Below, piece by piece: positions 1-16,951 of a stretch of DNA of 64,000 bases. The notes under the pieces are model-generated. The model ran no database searches. It was not told where the DNA came from and saw only the letters and a program-made list of their open reading frames with translations. The position numbers and the translations under genes were made by a program. Within the stretch, counting starts at the first letter, position 1. Each line of letters starts with the position of its first letter. The stretch is taken from positions 59,582,001 to 59,646,000 of the forward strand of contig OZ024742.1 in NCBI GenBank assembly GCA_964016885.1, in the 5' to 3' direction. The stretch comes from Eledone cirrhosa (lineage: Eukaryota).

Positions 1-1371
1 CGAAGCAAATACCATAAGGTCTGGGTTTAAACCTATGTTTATCCACAGATCAACTGATCAGTTACACTTATTAGCAAATATCTTTTGCTATCTTATATTT
101 TGTCTTATTTAACAGTGAACTGTGACTATTGTAGCGTATATTAAATTCCTATGCATGTTAATTCACGATTGCAATATTTAATTTTGTTTACTCAATTTGA
201 TTTTGAGCTCTTATAAGAGCATTATCTTCAATTTCCCGATTCTGTGCCAAAGAAAATAATGAAAATGTCTTAGTTGCCCTATTTTAATGTTTAGCAGGAA
301 ATACTCAAATTTATTGATAAAGCAATATATCGATTCGAAATTCATTATTCATCTGAAGCTGCTGAATAAAACTAACCAGTTATTTAACACTAAATATTGG
401 TTAAGTTGTATGATTATCAATATTATCTGAATAGTGGTGGTACAGGCTGAATTTATAAAAAACTGGACAAAAAAAAAAAACGCACGGCATGTATGTACTG
501 CCTTCTACTCTTGGCATTTTCACGAAATAAGTGAATATAACAGTGTATCTTTAATGTCAGCCATGTCTGAATGGTAAGGTAAATGGTGTTTTAGCTTTCA
601 ATGATCTGTGAATCAAGTCGAGATCAACTTTGCCGTTCTCCCTGTCGAGTCGATAATAAAGTACCAGTCCAGCACTGGGGTTGCTTGTCTTTCCTATTTC
701 TCTCACTATCACTTTATGGTATTTCTAGAATTCCATCTGGAAATGTGCGTCTATGCATGCATGTATGTAGACCACAGAAATACAAAAGTGATGGCACTAA
801 ATGTTTCAATGGTGACCTGCATAAAGAAGAATCGGTTAGTCAATGTTTAATCATCTTCGTTTCCCTGCTGTCATTACTGAAACAATGTCTGCCACCAAAA
901 GAATTGTCTTCAAGCCATATATTATTGCTTACACAAGACGTTATCGTAGATATACATATCTCATTGAGGTTGAAAAAGTCTTGTGTATATATGTATGTGT
1001 ATATTGTGAGATGTCTTTAAATAAGTTTATACTATCTAAGGTTTCATTGATGTAATACCATGCAGAGTGTCGTTATATAGAGGTTCATAAGACCTATTTC
1101 GTGGCAGCAAATTTATTTGAAATAGTAAATATCATAGAAATGAAACAGCTCAGGGAAGTCTATTCTTTGATCGAATATACATTCCATTATTCATAATCCC
1201 CCCCCCCCCCCGTGTCACTATTAAGTCAATCATAGCGTGCTTTCTCGTTCAAAATATTCAATTAAATTAATATATATATAAATTTACTTTATAAATTACT
1301 TCCCCCTTAAACTAGGAACTCTCCTGTTTTCTCCTACTGGAAGTTCTCTTTTCGTTAAAATACTGCAGGTT

Positions 1372-2990
1372 GAATAAGAAAAGTTCGTTCAACGAAACGC
1401 GTGATTCTGCGTTTCTCCGTGTTATGTCTTCGTTGTAGTATCGGATTTCATAATATATTGAAAACTCGTCCTGTGGGGTGCTTTACCCATTGGATATCTT
1501 TATCTAACCGTTACTATAAGACTGTTTTCCTGGAAATCGTACTGAAGATTCTTCTCGCATCACACACGCGGGAGTTTGGTAACGCTCTTTAGCCGGTCGA
1601 ACGTTTTTTTTTTTTAATCCATGTAAACTGTGTATCGGGAACCCAACCACCTAAGAGGGCCCTGCGAGAGATTGATTATTCCCTAAAAGACATTCCCACT
1701 CCTTCTAATGAAACTTATTCAAAGCTCCATTTTTAATGGTTTGATGTGGTCTCTGAAATAGTGGGCATCGACTTTCGAAGGGAAATTATCTGGTACTCTT
1801 AATACTTTCAACCTACAACTTAGGAATTATCCGCCCAGGGTAAACAGACGCGTACCCTTCAAAACTCATCTTCTAAATCTAGTAAAAAATATTCCCTTTC
1901 TCAAACATTCTAACCCCTTTCAGAACAAAGTAGGGTCTTTAAAACATTAATCACCTCTAATAAGCACTTCGTCCTATCCGATAATACAAACATACTACGA
2001 GCTTGATTTACCTATCCACAGCCACCTACCAGATAAGACCATACTGTCCAAATATAAGAACATTGACGCCACCGCCACCACTTATAATACTATCAATGAC
2101 GAAGCTAAATATATTGTCACCACCATGAGGGTACATAAGAAATTAGAATGCCTACAAGAGAGGACTAGGAAGCAAGTATTTGTTCAGGAATATCAATATG
2201 ACCATTAGACAACATTCTAAGATCAACCAATACGAAAATACTTAAGTATTGTTTCAACTCCCTCACGAACACTGATAAAGCCGCATTCACCCAATTTCAT
2301 ATTGTTGATTTCTATCCAATATCTCGGACATCGTTCGACAAACCTTTGGATTTCCCTAATAAATTCACCGATAGCTAAGACTTCAACAACCTGGTTATAT
2401 CGCACTGCAGCAAATCCCTAATCTTTATTAAGGAGGTTGCCTGGTCAAAGGAATCCGCTACGAACGATATTTTTTTTTTTTTTTTTTTTTTTTAATATCC
2501 CTATGGAAGCATTTGTTAGGGTTAATATTTGTGATTTGGAGTAATAAGTCATTACCTCGATACGTTTAGGAATTTAATTACCACTTTTAGCGAACTTTGA
2601 CTAAAAATTACAGTATCTACGTATAGTGTTAACTTCTTAGAGTTAAATCTAGACCTACGTACACACACACACACACACACACACAGAAACCTTTACATAA
2701 ATCTAGTGAAAATCTTAGATATACACATATAAATTCATGCTATCCAACTATAGCCTTCAAGAATTTACTTAGGAACATTAGCAAGCGCATATCCAACCTC
2801 TCATCAAACATAACTACCTTTGACAGGGCAACGCCATACTATAACACAACCTTAAGCAATAGCGGCTTCTCAGAAAAACTTTCCTACTCTCCAGATCATT
2901 AACCTTAAACGAACAGGAAAAAAACCTGGTTCTTCACCCTTTCACTCTTAACATAAAAACTAATGTTAATCAATTATAGACAGATATTCC
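1372..2990 (+). mobile_element. Decayed Penelope-like retroelement (5' pLTR remnant + RT pseudogene)
   Basis: Broken frames give DYSLKDIPTPS (~1672), NIPMEAF..NICDL, NFLELNLDL, KPLHKSSENLRY, SKRISNLSSN..FDRATPYYNTTLSNSGFSEKLSY and RKKTWF, collinear with the PLE ORF at 47391-49509. A hammerhead-shaped fold with a mutated core lies at 1372-1407. Confidence 0.85.
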
Positions 2991-4314
2991 CATGGGAAAT
3001 AAATTTTACTTATGTGTTTGTACTGATTAAACATTGGTACATGTTACTGCACATGCTCTGTATGTGGCAGTTCTCAAGTCGTAAACAAATGCATCGTACG
3101 TATGAGAATAGGTTGATAGTTTTAATCCCCTACTGTTAGTTTTTATTGCCTTGTGTCCGTTTATGCGTGCCAGTTGAGATGGTATACCAATGTGTAATCA
3201 TACAAACAAACAAAAAGTAAAATATATACTGCGAATGTATTTAAAAAAGAAAACGATGGTATGTCCATACACATTCCTTTAAGAACCATAAACTAAGGAA
3301 TCCGACAATATGGAAACTGGATGGAAACGTACTAGATACGCGATATCTTACTCTGTCCTTGGAATCGCCGACCAGTACAAACACGATACGGGTATTTGCA
3401 ATACTAGAATTGTACTATATAATTACAAAAAAAAAAAAAAAATTAGTAAATTATACATTAGAATGGGTTTTCAATGCCAGACATAAACACTTTAAAACTT
3501 TCTCCTATTATAATACTGACTAACATAGAATCCCAGCCCCAAACCATACCCATTATTTATATAACTAAACAAGGGATTAGCCTCAATTCTGTCCATTCGT
3601 ATATGTTAATGGCGCCAGAGAAAGCATAACCCAGTCTTATCAATAGGAACATTAAGTCAAAATGATTTATTACTACTTACTTAATGTGGATAAGGAATTC
3701 TTTACATCTCAGTGAAAGTGGCCTGACACTGGCCAATGTCCACGGTACCATTTATTCAGCGAATCAACAGCCACTTCTGTTAGCCTCGCCTCATAGAGTT
3801 AAAAAAAATAACGATGATATTACTATCAATGCTAATCATAGTTATAACTGCTTACGAACTGCTGTACAAATTTACATACCTTTGTCTATTAATATAGTTG
3901 TTGATATTTCGATACTTTTATGACTCTATATAACCTAGGCTTCAACTAAGCGACACGCCTTTCCCTGTGTGAACGAAACTAGTTTTAGACTTAGACAAGC
4001 TGATATGTACACTGTTGACGTAGAATATTGGAATTTGAATTCCCCGAAAAGATATATCATGTGCTCACTTGCATAACGAAACACGTGTCACTTACATAAT
4101 AAATTTTAATCCTTCAACTGTGAAGTTGGTGTAGTCATGTGATTTAATTTCTGTATAAATACTTCAGGAATTACCTTCATTGTACCTACGATTGTTCACC
4201 AGAGAATAACTATGAAAAGCGATTCATGTTTTATCAAAAACCACTGTATGGTGACAGTCTTCGATTTCAATGTATACATATTCAAAAAACGGAAACCGAT
4301 TACTAGTATAATCA

Positions 4315-4360
<46 letters not shown>

Positions 4361-4492
4361 GTGAGGTTTTTTTTTACAAAATGAAAAATAACCGAGGTGT
4401 CCTACACGAGTGGAAGTATAAAGAAAAAGAGATGAAATCGAAAATGCAACTGAAGTCTTATTTTTTAAAAAAATATATATATTTATTTGGTT

Positions 4493-4530
4493 CCTTTACC
4501 GGTTTCGCAGTTCTTCTGCTTTTCAAAAGG
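4493..4530 (-). ncRNA. Type I hammerhead ribozyme (U3-A8 variant)
   Basis: CCUU-UUGAAAA-GCAG aagaa CUGC-GAAA-CCGG-UA/AAGG, with palindromic stem III ACCGGU and AATAAA just downstream. Confidence 0.85.
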
Positions 4531-5090
4531 TGAGTTGAGATGGAGGGTCTGTGGTTTTTCTCACATCTGGTTGGTCTCTGAATGTTACTTGTTTTATATG
4601 TATATATATATATACATTTATTGTACTGCCTCTCTGTTCTGTCCCATTTCCTTATCTTTTGCTTTTACAATTTGTCATCATTAATGTGGATATAAGTTGT
4701 AACGACGTCTCCTGTGTTTGTTGACATTTGCTGGAGAAAAATGGCGCCAAACTTTTCCTTTTGAAAGAATGTGATTGTGTTCACTTGATATATAGCTGTC
4801 AGTCGTGTCGCCTGCTTTCACGACTGACAGCTATATATCAAGTGAACACAATCGCATTATTCTTTCAAAAGGAAAAGTTTGGCGCCATTTTTCTCCAGCA
4901 AATGTCAACAAACACAGGAGACGTCGTTACAACTTATATCCACATTAATGATGACAAATTGTAAAAGCAAAAGATAAGGAAATGGGACAGAACAGAGGCA
5001 GTACAATAAATGTATATATATACATATAAAACAAGTAACATTCAGAGACCAACCAGATGTGAGAAAAACCAGACCCTCCATCTCAACTCA

Positions 5091-5125
5091 CCTTTTGAAA
5101 AGCAGAACTGCGAAACCGGTAAAGG
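5091..5125 (+). ncRNA. Type I hammerhead ribozyme (mirror copy, 3-nt deletion in loop II)
   Basis: CCUU-UUGAAAA-GCAGAACUGC-GAAA-CCGG-UA/AAGG. Confidence 0.8.
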
Positions 5126-5206
5126 AACCAAATAAATATATATATTTAAAAAAAAAATAAGACTTCAGTTGCATTTTCGATTTCATCTCTTTTTCTTTAT
5201 GTATAT

Positions 5207-5480
5207 ATATTTATTACAATAACAGATTAAAGTTTAAGCAAAGAATCGCTGCTTTCACCCTTAATGGGATCTTCTGACATTAACGAAGTCAATCTGTGAA
5301 CACAGATTGACTTCGTTAGTTTCAGAAGATCCCATTAAGGGTGAAAGCAGCGATTCTTTGCTTAAACTTTAATCTGTTATTTTAATAAATATTTGCTCTA
5401 CGGTTCTTATATATTTGATATATATTTATCCTTATCGAGCCCTCTTTGGATTTTAGTCTTCAAATTTATTATTATTACTA
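5207..5480. mobile_element. Short fold-back PLE pLTR element (arms 5207-5298 / 5301-5392, 2-nt loop, right tail to ~5480)
   Basis: ~92-bp hairpin. The tail 5388-5480 matches the 5' leader 43386-43470 of a coding PLE. Confidence 0.85.
5318..5368 (+). ncRNA. Hammerhead-like fold with U4A core (CAGAAGA)
   Basis: AGUUU-CAGAAGA-UCCC auuaa GGGU-GAAA-GCAG cgauucu UUGC-UU/AAACU. Stems I and III pair; 10.1-11.1 is U.U. Confidence 0.6.
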
Positions 5481-5492
5481 TATATATTTTAT

Positions 5493-5537
<45 letters not shown>

Positions 5538-5538
<1 letters not shown>

Positions 5539-5670
5539 CGAGAGTTGTGGTAAGGAACCAGGTGGAGCATAACGCACCAGAGTACTCAATACTTAAGGTA
5601 GTAGAGTGGGTAAAGGAAAATGTATGACCCCGATGGGAGAGCTCAAGCCGTCGGGGCCATATATTTTCCT
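5538..5670. mobile_element. Mini fold-back pLTR element, family C
   Basis: Homologous to 63817-63985. Terminal hairpin aggaaaatgtatgaccccgatgg / ccgtcggggccatatattttcct, (TA)n flanks. Confidence 0.75.
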
Positions 5671-5764
5671 ATATATAATTGATTTTATAATTCTACATTT
5701 GAGATATAAACGTCTGTGTGTAAATGTATATTAGTGTATGTAATGTGTGTGTGTATGTATGTAT

Positions 5765-5940
5765 GTCACCCTTCTTACCAAGAAACCTTGGTGGGGTTCC
5801 CAGTTTAGTCGCCAACGATCCGACCATGAGACAGTTTGTACTGGGACACATGTTACCAGTAGCTCACTATAAACGCTTCACGGCACAGGCATTGCTTTGT
5901 ATCTGGAGATCTCTCTGCACTTGTCATCACATGGTACCAT
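5765..5940. repeat. Interspersed repeat, probably an RTE-LINE-associated UTR
   Basis: 5765-5868 aligns with 33598-33700 (...gacccgaccgtgagacaggttgtactggg...). It abuts an RTE 3' end. Confidence 0.5.
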
Positions 5941-5944
5941 GGGC

Positions 5945-6105
5945 CCAGCACTATGTGTCAGTAATTGTCACAAGTGTAGTGTTTGTACCAGAGTTTTCAA
6001 GTCGCTGGCTGGACTAAAAAGTCACACTCGTTCAGCGCATCGGTAGGGGTTCTCCTACATGGATATAAAGTAATGGGCGTACTCGAAAACGAGTTGGCAG
6101 CCACC
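5945..6105 (+). mobile_element. RTE-clade LINE 3' end (C-terminal C2H2 finger + 3' UTR)
   Basis: ~5969-6046 reads [25 protein letters not shown], the CxxC..GLxSHxxxxH ending typical of RTE ORFs. It runs into the microsatellite. Confidence 0.65.
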
Positions 6106-10848
<4,743 letters not shown>

Positions 10849-10851
10849 TGC

Positions 10852-11897
10852 TGCAGTGGATCAAGAGCTTCCTGTCAAACAGAACCCAACATGTTGTAGT
10901 TGAGGGAGTCAAATCAAGCCCAGCCAAAGTCAGTAGTGGAGTCCCCACAAGGCCCTGTGTTGGGCCCACTTCTCTTCATCATCTCTATTAATGACATCAC
11001 TGACATCATCAAACACAGCAACATCTAAAATTTTCGCTGATGATTCCAAGCTCCAACAGGTCATCCATGGCGTGGATGACCGGATAAGCCTTCAGTCAGA
11101 CCTACTGGCTGTTACCCAATGGGCAGAAAAGAACAACATGTTACTGAACGCAGATAAATTCGAACTGATCCACTTTGGAAAAGAGGATGCTCTGAAACTC
11201 CCGTACTCCCTTCCCTCCGGGGAAACTCTCGTGGCATCTAACAACATCAGAGACTTGGGAGTAACCGTGGACAGCAACATAAGCTGGACCACGCATATAA
11301 GCAGCAAAGTTGACATGGCCCGCAGAATGTGTTCCTGGATCCTCAGAACCTTCCAGTCGAGAGATTCCCGCACCATTATCCTTCTCTTCTCTACTTTCGC
11401 CCGACCACACCTTGAATACTGTTGTCCACTGTGGTCTCCCCACACGAAACAAAGTATCATGAAACTTGAAGCTCCTCAAAGGGCAATCACGAAAAAGATA
11501 GATGGCATGTCAGACCTTGACTACTGGGGTCGATTGGAAAACCTGAAACTTTACTCACTCCAACGTCGCCGTGAGCGTTATATTATCTGCATGATGTGGA
11601 AAATGTTCCATCATCACTGCCCAAATGATGTTGGCATCGCCTTCAAGATACACCCAAGGCTTGGGCCCCGTGCTATCCGTCCCATTCAAAAATCTAAATC
11701 GCAACTCATAACAACAATACGGCACAATTATTTCACCTCAATCGGCCCTGCTCTCTTCAACATCACACCAGGACACGTCAAAACAGAAACTGACCACACA
11801 AAATTCAAGAAGTCTTTGGACAAATTCCTCCAAGTAATCCCGGACAAACCACCCACACCCGGATATGTCTCCGCAAACAGTAATTCTCTTCTCGAAT
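10852..11897 (+). mobile_element. CR1/L2-group LINE ORF2 C-terminal RT fragment
   Basis: [13 protein letters not shown], SGVPQGxVLGPLLF, IFADDSKL, RDLGV, RPHLEYCCPLWSP and SLQRRRERY. Two +1 frameshifts near 10945 and 11026; cut by the gap. Confidence 0.92.
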
Positions 11898-12097
11898 NNN
11901 NNNNNNNNNNNNNNNNNNNNNNNNNNNNNNNNNNNNNNNNNNNNNNNNNNNNNNNNNNNNNNNNNNNNNNNNNNNNNNNNNNNNNNNNNNNNNNNNNNNN
12001 NNNNNNNNNNNNNNNNNNNNNNNNNNNNNNNNNNNNNNNNNNNNNNNNNNNNNNNNNNNNNNNNNNNNNNNNNNNNNNNNNNNNNNNNNNNNNNNNN
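11898..12097. other. Assembly gap (200 N)
   Basis: Run of exactly 200 N. Confidence 1.
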
Positions 12098-12215
12098 TAT
12101 GTATGTATGTATATATATATATGTATGTATGTATATATATATATGTATGTATGTATATATATATATGTATGTATGTATATATATATGTATGTATGTATAT
12201 ATATATGTATGTATG

Positions 12216-12248
<33 letters not shown>

Positions 12249-12532
12249 ATATATGTATGTATGTATGTATATATATATATGTATGTATGTATATATATAT
12301 ATATGTATGTATGTATATATATATATGTATGTATATGTATGTATATATATGTATGTATATGTATGTATATATATATATGTATGTATATGTATGTATATAT
12401 ATATATGTATGTATATGTATGTATATATATATATATATGTATGTATATATATGTATATGTATATGTATATGTATGTATATATATATATATATGTATGTAT
12501 ATATATGTATATGTATATATATATGTATATGT

Positions 12533-12564
<32 letters not shown>

Positions 12565-12665
12565 GTATGTATATATATGTATATATATATATATGTATGT
12601 ATATATATATGTATGTATATATATATATGTATGTATATATATATATGTATGTATGTATATATATG

Positions 12666-12696
<31 letters not shown>

Positions 12697-12831
12697 GTAT
12701 GTATATATATATGTATATATATGTATATATATATATATGTATGTATATATATATGTATGTATATATATGTATATATATATATATATGTATATATATATGT
12801 ATGTATATATATATATATGTATATATGTATG

Positions 12832-12878
<47 letters not shown>

Positions 12879-13248
12879 GTATATATATATGTATGTATGT
12901 ATGTATATGTATGTATATATATGTATGTATATGTATGTATATATATGTATATGTATGTATATATATATATGTATGTATATGTATGTATATATATGTATGT
13001 ATATGTATGTATATATATGTATATGTATGTATATATATATATGTATGTATATGTATGTATATATATATATATGTATGTATATGTATGTATATATGTATAT
13101 GTATGTATATATATATATGTATGTATATGTATGTATATATATATATGTATGTATATATATATATGTATGTATATGTATGTATATATATATATGTATGTAT
13201 ATATATATATGTATGTATATGTATGTATATATATGTATATATGTATGT

Positions 13249-13312
<64 letters not shown>

Positions 13313-15109
13313 ATGTATGTATGTATGTATATATATATATGTATGTATATATGTATGTATGTATGTATATATATATATGTATGTATATATGTATGTATGT
13401 ATATGTATGTATGTATGTATATATATATATGTATGTATATATGTATGTATGTATGTATATATGTATGTATGTATGTATGTATATATATATATGTATGTAT
13501 GTATGTATGTATATATATATATGTATGTATATATGTATGTATGTATATATATATATGTATGTATATATGTATGTATGTATATATGTATGTATATATGTAT
13601 GTATGTATATATGTATGTATATATGTATGTATATATGTATGTATATATATATCTATGTATATATATATCTATGTATGTATATATATATGTATGTATATAT
13701 GTATGTATATATATATCTATGTATATATATATCTATGTATGTATATATATATATGTATGTATATATGTATGTATATATGTATGTATATATATATATGTAT
13801 GTATATATGTATGTATGTATATGTATGTATATGTATATATATATATGTATGTATATATGTATGTATGTATATGTATGTATATGTATGTATATATATATGT
13901 ATGTATATGTATGTGTATATGTATATGTATGTATATATATATGTATGTATATGTATGTATATGTATATGTATGTATATATATGTATGTATATGTATGTAT
14001 ATGTATGTATATATATATATGTATGTATATGTATGTATATGTATGTATGTATGTATGTATGTATATGTATGTATATATATATGTATGTATATGTATGTAT
14101 GTATGTATATGTATGTATATATATATATGTGTATGTATGTATATATATATATGTGTGTATATGTATGTATATATATATGTGTGTGTATATGTATGTATAT
14201 ATATATGTGTATGTATATATATATGTGTATGTATATGTATGTATATATATATGTGTATGTATATGTATGTATATATATATATATGTGTATGTATGTATAT
14301 ATATATATGTATATGTATGTATATATATATATATGTGTATGTATGTATATATATATATGTATGTATATGTATGTATATATATATATGTATGTATATGTAT
14401 GTATATATATATATGTATGTATATGTATGTATATATATATATGTATGTATATGTATGTATATATATATATGTATGTATATGTATGTATATATATATGTAT
14501 GTATATGTATATATATATGTATGTATATGTATGTATATATATATGTATGTATATGTATGTATATATATATGTATGTATATGTATGTATATATATATGTAT
14601 GTATATGTATGTATATATATATGTATGTATATGTATGTATATATATGTGTATGTATGTATATATATATGTATGTGTATGTATGTATATATATATGTATGT
14701 ATATGTATGTATATATATATGTATGTATATGTATGTATATATATATGTATGTATATGTATGTATATATATATGTATGTATATGTATGTATATATATATGT
14801 ATGTATATGTATGTATATATATGTGTATGTATGTATATATATATGTATGTGTATGTATGTATATATATATGTATGTATATGTATGTATATATATATGTAT
14901 GTATATGTATGTATATATATATGTATGTATATGTATGTATATATATATGTATGTATATGTATGTATATATATATGTATGTATATGTATGTATATATATAT
15001 GTATGTATATGTATGTATATATATATGTATGTATATGTATGTATATATATATGTATGTATATGTATGTATATATATATGTATGTATATGTATGTATATAT
15101 ATATGTATG

Positions 15110-15142
<33 letters not shown>

Positions 15143-15839
15143 GTATATGTATGTATATATATGTATATGTATGTATATATATATGTATGTGTATGTATGT
15201 ATATATATGTGTATGTATGTATATGTATGTATATGTATATGTATGTATATATATATGTATGTATGTATGTATATATGTATATATATGTATGTATATGTAT
15301 GTATATATGTATGTATATGTATGTATATGTATGTATATATGTATGTATATGTATGTATATATATGTATGTATGTGTATATGTATGTATATATGTATGTAT
15401 GTGTATATGTATGTATATATGTATGTATATATGTATGTATATATATATGTATGTATATGTATGTATATATATGTGTATGTATATGTATGTATATATATAT
15501 GTATGTGTATGTATGTATATGTATGTATATATATATATGTATATGTATGTATATATATATATATATGTATATGTATGTATATGTATGTATATATATATAT
15601 GTATATGTATGTATATGTATGTATATATATATATGTATATGTATGTATATATATATATGTATATGTATGTATATGTATGTATATATATATATGTATATGT
15701 ATGTATATGTATGTATATATATATGTATGTATGTATATGTATGTATATATATATATATATATGTATGTATGTGTATATATATATATATGTATGTATATAT
15801 ATATATATGTATGTATGTATATATATGTATGTATGTATG

Positions 15840-15918
<79 letters not shown>

Positions 15919-15923
15919 GTATG

Positions 15924-15957
<34 letters not shown>

Positions 15958-16072
15958 TGTATGTATATATATATATATGTATGTATATATATATATATGT
16001 ATGTATATATATATATGTATGTATATGTATATATGTATGTATATATATATATATGTATGTATATGTATATAT

Positions 16073-16106
<34 letters not shown>
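12098..16106. repeat. Giant (TA)n/(TATG)n compound microsatellite, right block
   Basis: Same composition as the left block. Confidence 0.98.
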
Positions 16107-16107
<1 letters not shown>

Positions 16108-16137
16108 GTTTCGCATTTATTGATGCTTATCAAAGCC
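16108..16137 (-). ncRNA. 3'-truncated hammerhead (U3-A8 core)
   Basis: GGCU-UUGAUAA-GCAU caauaa AUGC-GAAAC, then it runs into the microsatellite. Confidence 0.6.
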
Positions 16138-16493
16138 AACTACTCCTCCTGTTTGCTCAAATCATGGATGTTTGGTTCTTATAGAATTCTAGTAAATATT
16201 CAGGAACTGATTATACAGAGCGGTTGCCGGTCAAGCAGAAATTGAAAATTAGAATTCGAAATGCTTTTAATTAAGCATACAGTGTATTGCAAAATACACT
16301 ATATATACATTCATATATATATAGCTATTTCAGAGCACCAATTCTAATTTTCAATTTCTCCGAGGGTTCTTAACCCCACTATTAGGCTAAATAATTTCTT
16401 TAATTTCTTTAGTCAAAATACGGCGATAGCTTACATGCTGTTTCGAAAATATTCTTACTTGACTTTACAGTCGCTAAGTTTATAGCTTCTAAT

Positions 16494-16509
16494 TTATATA
16501 TATATATGC

Positions 16510-16545
<36 letters not shown>

Positions 16546-16598
16546 ACGTACGTATGTATGTATATGTATGTATATATATATATGTATACGTATGTATG

Positions 16599-16629
<31 letters not shown>

Positions 16630-16685
16630 ATGTATGTATATATATATATGTATATATATATATTGTATACGTATGTATGTATATG

Positions 16686-16724
<39 letters not shown>

Positions 16725-16950
16725 ATGTATGTATATATATATATGTATATATATATATTGTATACGTATGTATGTATGTATATGTATGTATATATATATA
16801 TGTATATATATTGTATACGTATGTATGTATGTATATATATATGTATGTATATGTATGTATATATATATATATGTATATGTATATATATGTATATATATGT
16901 ATACGTATGTATATGTATGTATATATACATACATACATACATACATATAT
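16494..16950. repeat. (TA)n/(TATG)n microsatellite with ~60-90 bp higher-order units
   Basis: Recurrent ttgtatacgtatgtatg markers. Confidence 0.9.
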
Positions 16951-16951
16951 A

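Larger units (their letters stand above)
4354..5200. mobile_element. Fold-back PLE pLTR element, family A (arms 4418-4807 / 4819-5200, 11-nt loop, left tail 4354-4417)
   Basis: Near-perfect ~385 bp inverted repeat flanked by (TA)n. 4354-4598 is almost identical to 20186-20430. Each arm carries a hammerhead. Confidence 0.9.

Noticed and set aside
3947-3988. ctaa..gaaactagttttag hammerhead-like pattern
   Set aside because: The core GCGACAC and stem II do not fit; could be chance.
16237-16358. Inverted repeat with TTGAAAA..GAAA motifs
   Set aside because: No pairable stem II or stem I; only a possible 3' half at 16258-16283.
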